From positions 1 to 61,817 of the forward strand of contig JBAZCO010000001.1 in the NCBI GenBank assembly GCA_041654915.1: 61,817 nucleotides of DNA. The letters run 5' to 3'. The notes beneath the pieces were generated by a model that made no database searches, was not told the DNA's origin, and saw nothing but the letters and a program-made list of their open reading frames with translations. Origin of the DNA: Clostridia bacterium (lineage in GTDB: Bacteria > Bacillota > Clostridia > Christensenellales > DTU072). Made by a program: the position numbers and the translations under genes. Shown here piece after piece: positions 9,101 to 16,605 of the stretch (the first letter of the stretch is position 1; every line of letters begins with the position of its first letter).

Positions 9101-11477
9101 CTTTGGTTTGTGATTTTTCATGCAACAACTGTTCCTTGCTTTCTCCTGTCATGGCCTTAGAGTATAACTGCATTTGCTTGAAATACATTACCATCTTTAA
9201 GCCATAGAGCATAATGTCACTAAGCATCGGATTTATCTCTGCCCATAAATCACCGAGGGCGCCCTGTAATTCGTCTAACTTTAAATCCTTAAAGAAATCA
9301 TCACCAAGCCCACCAAAGCCCTCAAAGACACCTTTCATGTCAATAGGCGGCATATCGCCAAAATCAAGTTCTTCTAAATCGCCTATGCCTGTTTCAGCAG
9401 CCTCAGCAAGCTTATAAACTTCGTCAAAGGACATAAGACCTTTCATCGCCTTTTTGGTTGCACTGGCCGCATCATCTGCACTGTCGGACTGCCTTTTTTC
9501 TTCCTCAATTAAAGCATGGCTATAATCTTCTGCCTGTGCCTTAACTTCAGCGTTATACTTATCTATAGATTCTTGTATGTTGTCGTCTATTTCTTTAAAC
9601 TTTTCGCCGATGCTTGTGCCGCCGCCCATATCCTTTAAAGCAGCACCTACACGCTTGACCGCTTCTTTTACATCATTAAACTTCCCGGCTAAGGCTATAA
9701 CTAAACCAACAACAATCAACAACACCCCGATAACAGGCAAGAAACCCAAGGCGCCCGAAGCCCCGGCCGCTTTCATGGTCGCAGCCAATAACTGCGTATA
9801 AGCAATTGCACCGCCTATAGCAAGATGCACACCCTTAATTGCAATGGCTACAAAGCCCCAAATTCTGCTTACAGCGCCCACAACAAACATGGCAGCCTTA
9901 TATGCTAACAATGCGCCTAGAACTCGTTTAAGCCATAATTCTAGGGTTGCTACACCGCTTACGGAAGCACCTACGCTTTTGCCGAACATGCCGAAGGCGG
10001 CTGCAACAGAAGTAAATACACCGAAAAGGACACGCCCGTACCATGCCAAAGACCCTAGCACAGCGCTTATAATAGGTTTTATTTGGTTAAACACTATGCC
10101 GATAACTTGCGCTGCTTTAACAACAGCATTTATAGCGCTGACCGCACCATCGAACACTCCCGGCGGCAACAATGTTTTCAATGCCTTGCCCAAGCCTACC
10201 GCTTGGATAGCCTGATACATTCGCTCCACTTTTGGCATTATGGTATCAATTACACTGTCAACCGCACGGCGGATAGGATCCATAATACTAGACGAAACCA
10301 GTTCAAAGCTTTCACGCATATTGTTTATTTTCTGTTGGGTTGTTTTTTCCATGTTGTCCAAGGCTTGGCCATAGCGCTTATCTATACCGCGGACTATGGC
10401 ATTGATAGCTTTATTTGCTTCAATATTTAGATTAGCCCAACCTTTGGCCAGTTCATCTTGAGTTAAACCTAGCTCTTCGGCCAAAATATCAGAAACAGCT
10501 ACACCTGCTTCCGTTAATTGCCTTACTTCTTTAGCTGTTAGCTTACCTTTAGTGTAGATTTGACCTATAGCACGGGAAATGCGCTCCATTCTGGTTGGGT
10601 CACCGCTAACTGCTGTGGCTTTTTCAACTGCTCTCATTATATACATAAGGTTTTTAGCTTGTATGCCATAGGCAGTCAACAATCTTGTAGCGTCGATTAG
10701 GTTGCTTACATCAAATGGAGTGCGGATGGCTTCTTGCTTTAAGACCTCTAACAAGCCTTGTGCTTCCTTTTGTCCGCCGGCAAACATACCGCTAAAAGTT
10801 GCTTCTGCGGTATTTAGCGCAACAGACAACTCCCATGCGTCCGCAACCATGCCTTTAACCGCATTTACACCCTTATAGAAGGCTTGTGATAGAATAATCC
10901 CCTTAAATATGTTGGCAGTTGACCTTGCATAGCCCTGCATGCCCGACATGCTGCCTTTGGCTTTACGTATATATGCAGCTACATCTTTAGCATAGACCGA
11001 TAGTCTTGCGCTATGTGCGGTTGTTTTTAGAGTCGCTTTTTCAAGCTGTAATGCGGCTACCGTTTGTTTGTTAGAACTTGCCGATGCTTGCTCTGCTGCT
11101 ATGCGTTTGTTTACGTAGTCGAGTTGTTTTTGAAGAATGGTTGTTATTCGTTCTTGACTTTTTTGGTAACTTGACATAGACATAGACCGCATTTGGTCTA
11201 TTGAACGTTCATATGCTGCCTGCTCTCGTGCCGCTTGCCTTTGTGCTGCTGCTTGCTGTCTTTGTGCAGCCGCTTGCTGTTGTTGTGCTTGCCTTTGCTG
11301 TTGCGCTGCTTGCTTTATTGCAGCGGTTTGTTGTTTTATGGCCGAGGATACGGTAAGTTTTATAGGCTTGCTGCCAAGTTTAGCTATTTCAGCTTCAGCA
11401 CGTTTTAAATCCGCTGCAAGCTGACTTAAATCTGCACCTATGCCTACCTTTAGTTCTGTAATATTATTTGGCATCAC
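6156..11477 (-). CDS. Tail tape measure protein
   Basis: 1773 aa. Q/A-rich coiled coil. Tape-measure core ..TPFDVSNLIDATRLLTAYGIQ..GQIYTKGKLTAKEVRQLTEAGV... Internal 14-aa and ~77-aa repeats. Largest late ORF. Confidence 0.85.
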   Translation of the reverse strand: MMPNNITELKVGIGADLSQLAADLKRAEAEIAKLGSKPIKLTVSSAIKQQTAAIKQAAQQQRQAQQQQAAAQRQQAAAQRQAAREQAAYERSIDQMRSMSMSSYQKSQERITTILQKQLDYVNKRIAAEQASASSNKQTVAALQLEKATLKTTAHSARLSVYAKDVAAYIRKAKGSMSGMQGYARSTANIFKGIILSQAFYKGVNAVKGMVADAWELSVALNTAEATFSGMFAGGQKEAQGLLEVLKQEAIRTPFDVSNLIDATRLLTAYGIQAKNLMYIMRAVEKATAVSGDPTRMERISRAIGQIYTKGKLTAKEVRQLTEAGVAVSDILAEELGLTQDELAKGWANLNIEANKAINAIVRGIDKRYGQALDNMEKTTQQKINNMRESFELVSSSIMDPIRRAVDSVIDTIMPKVERMYQAIQAVGLGKALKTLLPPGVFDGAVSAINAVVKAAQVIGIVFNQIKPIISAVLGSLAWYGRVLFGVFTSVAAAFGMFGKSVGASVSGVATLELWLKRVLGALLAYKAAMFVVGAVSRIWGFVAIAIKGVHLAIGGAIAYTQLLAATMKAAGASGALGFLPVIGVLLIVVGLVIALAGKFNDVKEAVKRVGAALKDMGGGTSIGEKFKEIDDNIQESIDKYNAEVKAQAEDYSHALIEEEKRQSDSADDAASATKKAMKGLMSFDEVYKLAEAAETGIGDLEELDFGDMPPIDMKGVFEGFGGLGDDFFKDLKLDELQGALGDLWAEINPMLSDIMLYGLKMVMYFKQMQLYSKAMTGESKEQLLHEKSQTKEDIEQKLQEKAQTQEDIEQKLQEKAQTQEDIEQKLQEKAQTQEDIEQLLQERSQTIEDKEQLLQEKMQTTEDKEQLLQEKMQTAEDKEQALLSKGGGGAGGGISGGGLEGKGTAAALGLLNVAQLVTDVKLISDDIKALKEDSSDASAWLSLFVNGLMAAVDALQLFAAGKILFGAGKGVAGKVGGKVAGKAASKAASAAPPVDLDSTTVDTLNQSTGQLNPKLSSLAKNLAMGLVILAEVAAAAILIVGAIWVLGKMLEQVGIAWEPVIENAGTVAISMGIGVAILAAIGAITAALGKAGASLVADIAIGIAVLALIGAAAALFLAEIWAIGKALDEIRIAWEPVLENGETVLLAIGLGTALLVAIGAICAVLGMVGTPLLASIAIGIAMLALIGVAAGLFLLEIWAIGKGLDEIRKAWEPVLEHGDTVLAAIGLGTALLVAVGAVCALLGVAAVASAGLLPLAIGLGIAMLLEVGVAVGLFILEIWAIGKGLEQIGIAWEPVLENGENIAKAIEIGTDLLIAIGAVTALLGAASIASVGLLPLAIGLGTALLVQLTEAFITFTQSLIKVAKELSDNLAPALARLNVKLPSLSRDMEDFVGFMKEFAGHVVTYTKVSAIAGLSGTIDTIIGWFTKDPVQKLADDIAKIEKQLIGLNDKLRLANPELRSAVRLLTDYGKLMGEMAEITKGNSNTTLPDKIFTNLQEAGKKLVTGFGDGIKKNTKSVKTAMEAVYKEVEKADGSTSKYKDKGKKIASSVADGIKSNTSTATSGFKSMLNNMLTLMEQFTGRIATGLNDMLSGFSKTMKSLSTSTSGSVSYSKMSGGKLSRLADGGIIQAARGVQMLRKPTMLASNVEAGEAGAEVVFPLENTPFIKAFANDIANAVSRVNMQTSAQNINIQMEQARAGVAQDKFNAPSAKEISDAIRSWFTPQMQSLHDVLEEDRTLEVTVPPTSNALWRAILSELKAVNASSGARGFSAIS
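7440..8340 (-). repeat. Four tandem ~231-243-bp coding repeats (hydrophobic two-helix modules) within the tape measure gene
   Basis: The AWEPV(L/I)EN string recurs at about 8300, 8070, 7840 and 7600. Each unit reads ..AWEPVLENGETV.AIGLGTALLVAIGA..LLEIWAIGKGL.. Confidence 0.85.
8835..9135 (-). repeat. About 7 tandem 42-bp coding repeats (14-aa E/Q/K coiled-coil units) in the tape measure gene
   Basis: Protein reads (QEKAQTQEDIEQKL)n degenerating to QEKMQTTEDKEQLL. The DNA period of 42 is visible in 8835-9135. Confidence 0.9.
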
Positions 11478-11496
11478 CGTATCCCCCTTGAATTAA

Positions 11497-13593
11497 TTAT
11501 AATACCGTTTTCCTGTAAACCGTTGTACCACTAGTAAAATATCTATACATTTTGTTATTTAGACACATTTCTTTTCGCTCTCTGTATTTATGCGGGTCAC
11601 GATAATAGGAGTGTTTTTTTTCTTTGTCATAATATCGCACCATAGAATAATGCTTTGCCTCTTTCCAACCCGTCGCTTCAAACGACACTCCATCAAAGTA
11701 ATCGTTCAAGACCAAATATTCTATTGTTTGCCCAGCTTGCATTGTGTTCATAACAGCCTTTAACAACCTGCTTGCGCCGCCAATAATGCTTGTGTTTTGT
11801 TTGAAGCACATTCTGCTAATGGTTATATCCGCATTATTTTTATTTCCCTTGTCTACCAGCTTTATTTTCTTTGCATAGCAAATTGCACCTACAATCTCGC
11901 CCTTGTGCTTTAATGCAAAATAACCACTCCCACGAGCTGCGCCCTGAATATGGTTTTCACGGAAAAATGGATTGCACTCTTTGCTGTCACTTGCCACTAA
12001 CCTACAATTACGAGCATAAATCCTATGCTCATTCATGCCGAGTGCATTTCTTATAACGCTTTCAAGTATGGGTCTTATTCTGTCATCAGACCACTCTATA
12101 TCCCATATCTGGAATAACCTGATTCCTTCGTTCTTGCTTTCAATAAATTTACTATAATGATATGATTGCGGCTTTCCGCCCCGATTGTCCCTATTTTCTT
12201 CCTGTTCAGTAAATAGCGTTTGATGGGTGCGTATGTCATTAAACTCAAAGCCTATGTTATGATCTGGTAAATAAAAATCTATTTCTTTGGGTTTTATTTG
12301 TTGCCTATCGTTAATAACAACATTATCTGCGAGTGTACACAAAAACTCATAGAAATTATATGGTGTCCTTGCTAGGTTGCAAGCAGGACATGCCGTTTGG
12401 CTATCCACGCTTTTAAGTTCAGCCTCGCCGATCTGCCTTTCAAACTCACCGTGTTTTTCGCAGACAAATATTGCATTATCTTTTGTTGTAATCTCTGCAT
12501 TGTCCACCTTTTGTTTGTAATCATCTCTTAATTGATGATATATCGAATACGATTGCTTACGCCTGTTTTTTGACGCTTTTTCTTGCCCGCACGTAGGGCA
12601 GCCAAACCCCCTTTTGCGTTGTGTCAATGATTGCCAATACTCGCCATGTATCTCACAAATAAACGGCACCTTATCATGTGAGTGAAACTCTTTTTGCGCT
12701 ACCCTATCTTTATAGTCAGGTCTTATATCATCAAAGTTATAAGCCATGCGCCCATTAAGGGCAGAAAGGACTTTTCCGCATTCAGGGCACCCACCGCCAC
12801 GATTATGAGTAACCAATCTTTGCCAATATTCACCATGTTCTTTGCACATGAAAGGCACTTTGTCTGTGCTTAACATTTCACCATTACGTACTTTCTTTCT
12901 GTAGTCTTTTCTTATTTCATGCATAAAATCATAATCACGCTTCCTGTTCTTGAAGCCACGCTTTTTAGCAGAACATTTTAAATGCCTATTCCCCTGCTTA
13001 TAGCTTGTGATGATCATGGAGTAATATTCTTTGCATATTTCACACCGAAACCTAACCTTATCCTCGGCTCCATATTCGCCAGACAACAATTTTTCCCTAT
13101 CAACAGGATGGACAATGCTTAAGAAGTCATACTTAAGTGCGTTTCGTGCTTTTGTTTTGCTTTTTCGCCTTCTTTTAACACACATAGGGCAACGTTGCCC
13201 TTGCGCTCCGATAACATCTTGCACCCTTGCAGTAAATTCGCCATGCTCTTGGCATGTAAAGGTTGCTTTTTTGCCTACACCTTTATAGGTTTCTTTAACA
13301 ATTTTATACGGAGAGCGTGCCTGCGTATCAGCGAAAGTTCTCTCATAATATGCCTTGTAGTTTTGCTTTGGATAGCATTTCTTACAATGCTGCCTACCTG
13401 CCCTAACATTGCCGGGGTATGCTTGAAACTCACCATGCGTAGGGCACTCAAATGTTGCCTTAATATTTGCATTGACATATGTTTCAAGTATCATGCCATA
13501 CCCCCGCCTTTCTTTAATATCTTTTGCCATCTTGCTTGCGTTCTTGTTTCTTGACATATGAGTGCTCCTTTTCATGCGTGTTAGCTTACTCAT
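11497..13593 (-). CDS. Zinc-ribbon-array protein with PD-(D/E)xK-like (Vsr/DUF559-like) core and conserved C-terminal domain; paralogue A
   Basis: Six C..H/C-x(17-20)-C..C units (e.g. FMCKEHGEYWQRLVTHNRGGGCPECG). Then EIDFYLPDHNIGFEFND, then ARNC..NHIQG..GGASRLL..TSGTTVYRK. About 60% identical to 19885-21579 over the C-terminal half. Confidence 0.7.
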   Translation of the reverse strand: MSKLTRMKRSTHMSRNKNASKMAKDIKERRGYGMILETYVNANIKATFECPTHGEFQAYPGNVRAGRQHCKKCYPKQNYKAYYERTFADTQARSPYKIVKETYKGVGKKATFTCQEHGEFTARVQDVIGAQGQRCPMCVKRRRKSKTKARNALKYDFLSIVHPVDREKLLSGEYGAEDKVRFRCEICKEYYSMIITSYKQGNRHLKCSAKKRGFKNRKRDYDFMHEIRKDYRKKVRNGEMLSTDKVPFMCKEHGEYWQRLVTHNRGGGCPECGKVLSALNGRMAYNFDDIRPDYKDRVAQKEFHSHDKVPFICEIHGEYWQSLTQRKRGFGCPTCGQEKASKNRRKQSYSIYHQLRDDYKQKVDNAEITTKDNAIFVCEKHGEFERQIGEAELKSVDSQTACPACNLARTPYNFYEFLCTLADNVVINDRQQIKPKEIDFYLPDHNIGFEFNDIRTHQTLFTEQEENRDNRGGKPQSYHYSKFIESKNEGIRLFQIWDIEWSDDRIRPILESVIRNALGMNEHRIYARNCRLVASDSKECNPFFRENHIQGAARGSGYFALKHKGEIVGAICYAKKIKLVDKGNKNNADITISRMCFKQNTSIIGGASRLLKAVMNTMQAGQTIEYLVLNDYFDGVSFEATGWKEAKHYSMVRYYDKEKKHSYYRDPHKYRERKEMCLNNKMYRYFTSGTTVYRKTVL

Positions 13594-13617
13594 ACATTAT
13601 ATCACGATGCAAGCATG

Positions 13618-14025
13618 TTATCCAAGTTTTCTCTTTATATTTTCTTTCAATTCAGGTACAACCCTATCCCTATGTTTTCGCCAGCCCTCATACAAAATTT
13701 CACCTTCCCAGTTAAGCTCGTTCGGGCCTGGTTGCATCATATATTCGCTTGCTTCGGTGTTTTCCCAACCACCGACATGCCCAGGCTCACCAAAATGTAC
13801 TTCACCTTCAATTTCGGTTTCGCCATAATTAACTTTATAAGACGGCACATTACTTTTAAGTGAGTCTTGCAGGTTGCCTGTTTGCACGGGCACCCTATTG
13901 CGTGCATCCATATATATATCCTCGCATATTTCGCTTATTTTTTCTGCACAAGCATCCGTAACTTGCATTTTTATATAATCAAACGCTCTGCTTAATTTAT
14001 TTAATTCGCTTTGTTTTAATGACAT
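13618..14025 (-). CDS. HK97 gp10-like head-tail joining/tail completion protein (possible true start at 14067 with an in-frame TAA)
   Basis: RNRVPVQTGNLQDSL matches the gp10-family P..TG.L..S motif. The same frame upstream reads MENKLKIIGKVG-TAA-R-MSLK with a strong SD before 14067. Confidence 0.6.
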   Translation of the reverse strand: MSLKQSELNKLSRAFDYIKMQVTDACAEKISEICEDIYMDARNRVPVQTGNLQDSLKSNVPSYKVNYGETEIEGEVHFGEPGHVGGWENTEASEYMMQPGPNELNWEGEILYEGWRKHRDRVVPELKENIKRKLG

Positions 14026-14078
14026 TCTTTAGCCCACTTTACCGATTATTTTCAATTTGTTTTCCATAGGTTACCCTC

Positions 14079-14431
14079 CTAGCTATCTATCCTTGACCAT
14101 GCACTCCATGTGCTTGTGCTGTAGTTATAGTATCTGCGGTGTATCTGCACGCCGTTGACCATGTATGCAATTTGGTTTTTGTGCCCCGTGTCGGTCGATA
14201 CTGTGTGTATCCAATAATAATTTGCCGACGGTGCATTTGTCGCCGTGTTACTTATGTATGACCACTCGTCCCGTCAGGTTGCTTGAAGTCAACATACACC
14301 TTGGGACCTGCCCCAAAGCTATCAGCAACGCCCTCCCACAGCACTACCTTAAGCGGTGTGAGATTGTCGTGTTGCAGAGTAGTGAGGGACAGGACAGCGG
14401 AGCGATTAGATTGTACTTTTAAATTATTCAT
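14079..14431 (-). pseudogene. Small fibre-tip/knob-like ORF split by a one-nucleotide frame break at a GGG run
   Basis: ATG 14431 with GGAGGAGG SD gives 59 aa (..VYVDFKQPDGTSGHT*). The -1 frame continues as DEWSYISNTATNAPSANYYWIHTVSTDTGHKNQIAYMVNGVQIHRRYYNYSTSTWSAWSRIDS*, ending at 14079. Confidence 0.5.
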
Positions 14432-14570
14432 GTTCCTCCTCCGCTTTTTCTTCTATCGGCTTAATGTTTTGATTGAGTTCCGATATCAGTTGTGCAACTT
14501 CCGCATAAGGCTTTGTTGCAAGATACCTGATTATTTTATTAAGCACTTCCTGTTCGATTTCAAACTTCAT
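14424..14570 (-). CDS. Small hypothetical protein (48 aa)
   Basis: ATG 14570 is preceded by GGAGGAAACT. Sequence MKFEIEQEVLNKIIRYLATKPYAEVAQLISELNQNIKPIEEKAEEEHE. Stop overlaps the next start. Confidence 0.45.
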   Translation of the reverse strand: MKFEIEQEVLNKIIRYLATKPYAEVAQLISELNQNIKPIEEKAEEEHE

Positions 14571-14579
14571 AGTTTCCTC

Positions 14580-14891
14580 CTACTTTGTTATTATTATTTT
14601 GTACTCAAAGTTATTCGTACTTAATGTTTTGTTAGACAGATTAGTAATTGTGATTAATACTAAGTTTTCTGAAATAACTTTACCCTGTATATAAAAATTA
14701 CCTGATACTATGCCTTCTACTATTACATCAACTTTATCTCTTGGTTTTGCGCCCTGTAGTTCTATTTCAAAATATTCATAACAGCCACTTTCAAGTTCAA
14801 CTATTTCGTGGTAGGTATAAGTTGTTTTTTCGCAACTGCATATCGTAAAACATAAAACTATAATCATCAATAAAATTAATATCTTTTTCAT
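14580..14891 (-). CDS. Putative lipoprotein (superinfection-exclusion candidate)
   Basis: MKKILILLMIIVLCFTICSCEK is a signal peptide with a lipobox-like I-C-S-C. AAGGAGGG SD before ATG 14891. Lies immediately downstream of the fibre gene. Confidence 0.55.
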   Translation of the reverse strand: MKKILILLMIIVLCFTICSCEKTTYTYHEIVELESGCYEYFEIELQGAKPRDKVDVIVEGIVSGNFYIQGKVISENLVLITITNLSNKTLSTNNFEYKIIITK

Positions 14892-14901
14892 AAACCCTCC
14901 T

Positions 14902-16605
14902 TTATGGGGTTGGATTAACCAATAACCCACCAATAAACATCATTCCGTATGCAACACCGCTCCAACCAGCCGAATAACTTGATGCATATGTATTCCAAAC
15001 ATAATATCCTGTGCTTGCATAATATCTTCCCGCTCGCATATATCCTGTACTCGCATCCACTGAATATGATTCGTTTGCAACAACTCCACAGCCTATTCTT
15101 TTACAAGTTATCCAGGTGCCATCATCACTCGTACCACCTACTATATTTGCGTTATTAACTAATATATTACTACCAACTTTCGGTCTTATGTTTACGTTAC
15201 CCACTTCATTGGCTATATGAAAATCATAAGTACCAGTATTACCAAACCCTAAGTAGCCTTGTCTTGTCGTGTTGTTTGATTCCATGAACTGGAAGTAAGA
15301 TGTATTCCCTGTTCCTGTACCAGAACCCCTTAATTTTGTAGTATTTACAAGACCACCGGGTATTGTAACAACACCTGTAGAACCCTTTATTGAGAAATGG
15401 TCGCCATAAGTCCCGCCTATAACAAAATCAGCGTCTGTATTTTGAGTTTCTATATACCAAGGCGGTGTATCGCTAACACCAATATTTAATGATTCTGAAT
15501 ACAGTGTAGGAATATCCACCCAAGCAGGAGCAACGACCATTGAGGGGTCTGTTGAACCGCTTTGAGCATTAAAAGCTATTGCATTTCCACCCGCTTCAAT
15601 GAACAAGCAATCCCCTAAAGCTGAGCCCCACCAACTATCGGAAATATATTCGCTTCTTATGTTCCCAACGCTTGCACCTGCACGATGAAATTCTAAGCGG
15701 TCATATTCTACTTCTACGCGAAGAACATCAGAAACATATCCATGCAGACCTGTTGAATCCAAGACAAGTTTATCTGTTCCATTTGTTACTACAATCTCTG
15801 CATTATCCAAATCAAAGTAAGTTGAGCCGTCAGGAGATTTAAGCATACCGGCTGTTATCCAATCCGCATTCAAGCCAACAGTAGATATCAGCCTAAATAT
15901 TGCATTACCTGTTTGGTCTACGCCGTACTGCCATACAGGAGAACCGTCATTCCAACCAGTATTTGTCCAGGCATATGCCCCTGCGGTCTGAATAGCAATA
16001 AAATCGCTTTGTTCAATATACGGATGATCATGAGCATAAATTACCTTGCTACCTCCCGGTTGCGTTATTTCGGTGGTATATAGCCCAGACAAAGCATTAG
16101 CATATTCATTTAAACTCGCTAATTCCTCGGACATGTTTTCAGTCAGGTTTTCTTCTAACTCCTCTGCTACCTTCAGCAACTCGCTTAAACTTGGGTCATC
16201 AATAACAAATGAGGTTAGCTCTATATTTTCGCCCACATCCAAAGTAGCCTCTATTTTTATATCTATATGATCGAAAAAACCAAACCTGCCACTTGTAATA
16301 ACTATTTCTTGATTTATTACGCCATCGCTATTCCCATGCAAGTAAATAAAGTGCTTTTCTACCTCCATGTCACCTTCATCGGAAACAGGCGGTACATGAA
16401 ATGCTATCTGGCAACGCAAGGCTTGCGGGTGTGATACAATACCACGGATATATAGGTTGCCGCCTGATAACCCCGCCTCCTCGCCTGTTACAATAACCCT
16501 TACATACGCACCCACACCATGAAAGGTAAACTCATCATCCGCCACTCTCGTCACACCCTCGTAAGTCCATTGACCGGTATTACTATCAGGATAAATATTT
16601 GCCAT
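14902..16605 (-). CDS. Tail fibre / receptor-binding protein candidate
   Basis: 567 aa, last large ORF of the baseplate block, G/S/T/N/Y-rich C-terminal part. Assignment by position and composition only. Confidence 0.45.
   Translation of the reverse strand: MANIYPDSNTGQWTYEGVTRVADDEFTFHGVGAYVRVIVTGEEAGLSGGNLYIRGIVSHPQALRCQIAFHVPPVSDEGDMEVEKHFIYLHGNSDGVINQEIVITSGRFGFFDHIDIKIEATLDVGENIELTSFVIDDPSLSELLKVAEELEENLTENMSEELASLNEYANALSGLYTTEITQPGGSKVIYAHDHPYIEQSDFIAIQTAGAYAWTNTGWNDGSPVWQYGVDQTGNAIFRLISTVGLNADWITAGMLKSPDGSTYFDLDNAEIVVTNGTDKLVLDSTGLHGYVSDVLRVEVEYDRLEFHRAGASVGNIRSEYISDSWWGSALGDCLFIEAGGNAIAFNAQSGSTDPSMVVAPAWVDIPTLYSESLNIGVSDTPPWYIETQNTDADFVIGGTYGDHFSIKGSTGVVTIPGGLVNTTKLRGSGTGTGNTSYFQFMESNNTTRQGYLGFGNTGTYDFHIANEVGNVNIRPKVGSNILVNNANIVGGTSDDGTWITCKRIGCGVVANESYSVDASTGYMRAGRYYASTGYYVWNTYASSYSAGWSGVAYGMMFIGGLLVNPTP

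Noticed and set aside
13618-14067. Genome-wide stop-codon reassignment (alternative genetic code) as the explanation for the in-frame TAA and the frame breaks
   Set aside because: Nearly all genes, including 980-, 1773- and 567-aa ORFs, are uninterrupted under the standard code. The other anomalies are frame shifts rather than in-frame stops. No suppressor tRNA gene was seen.
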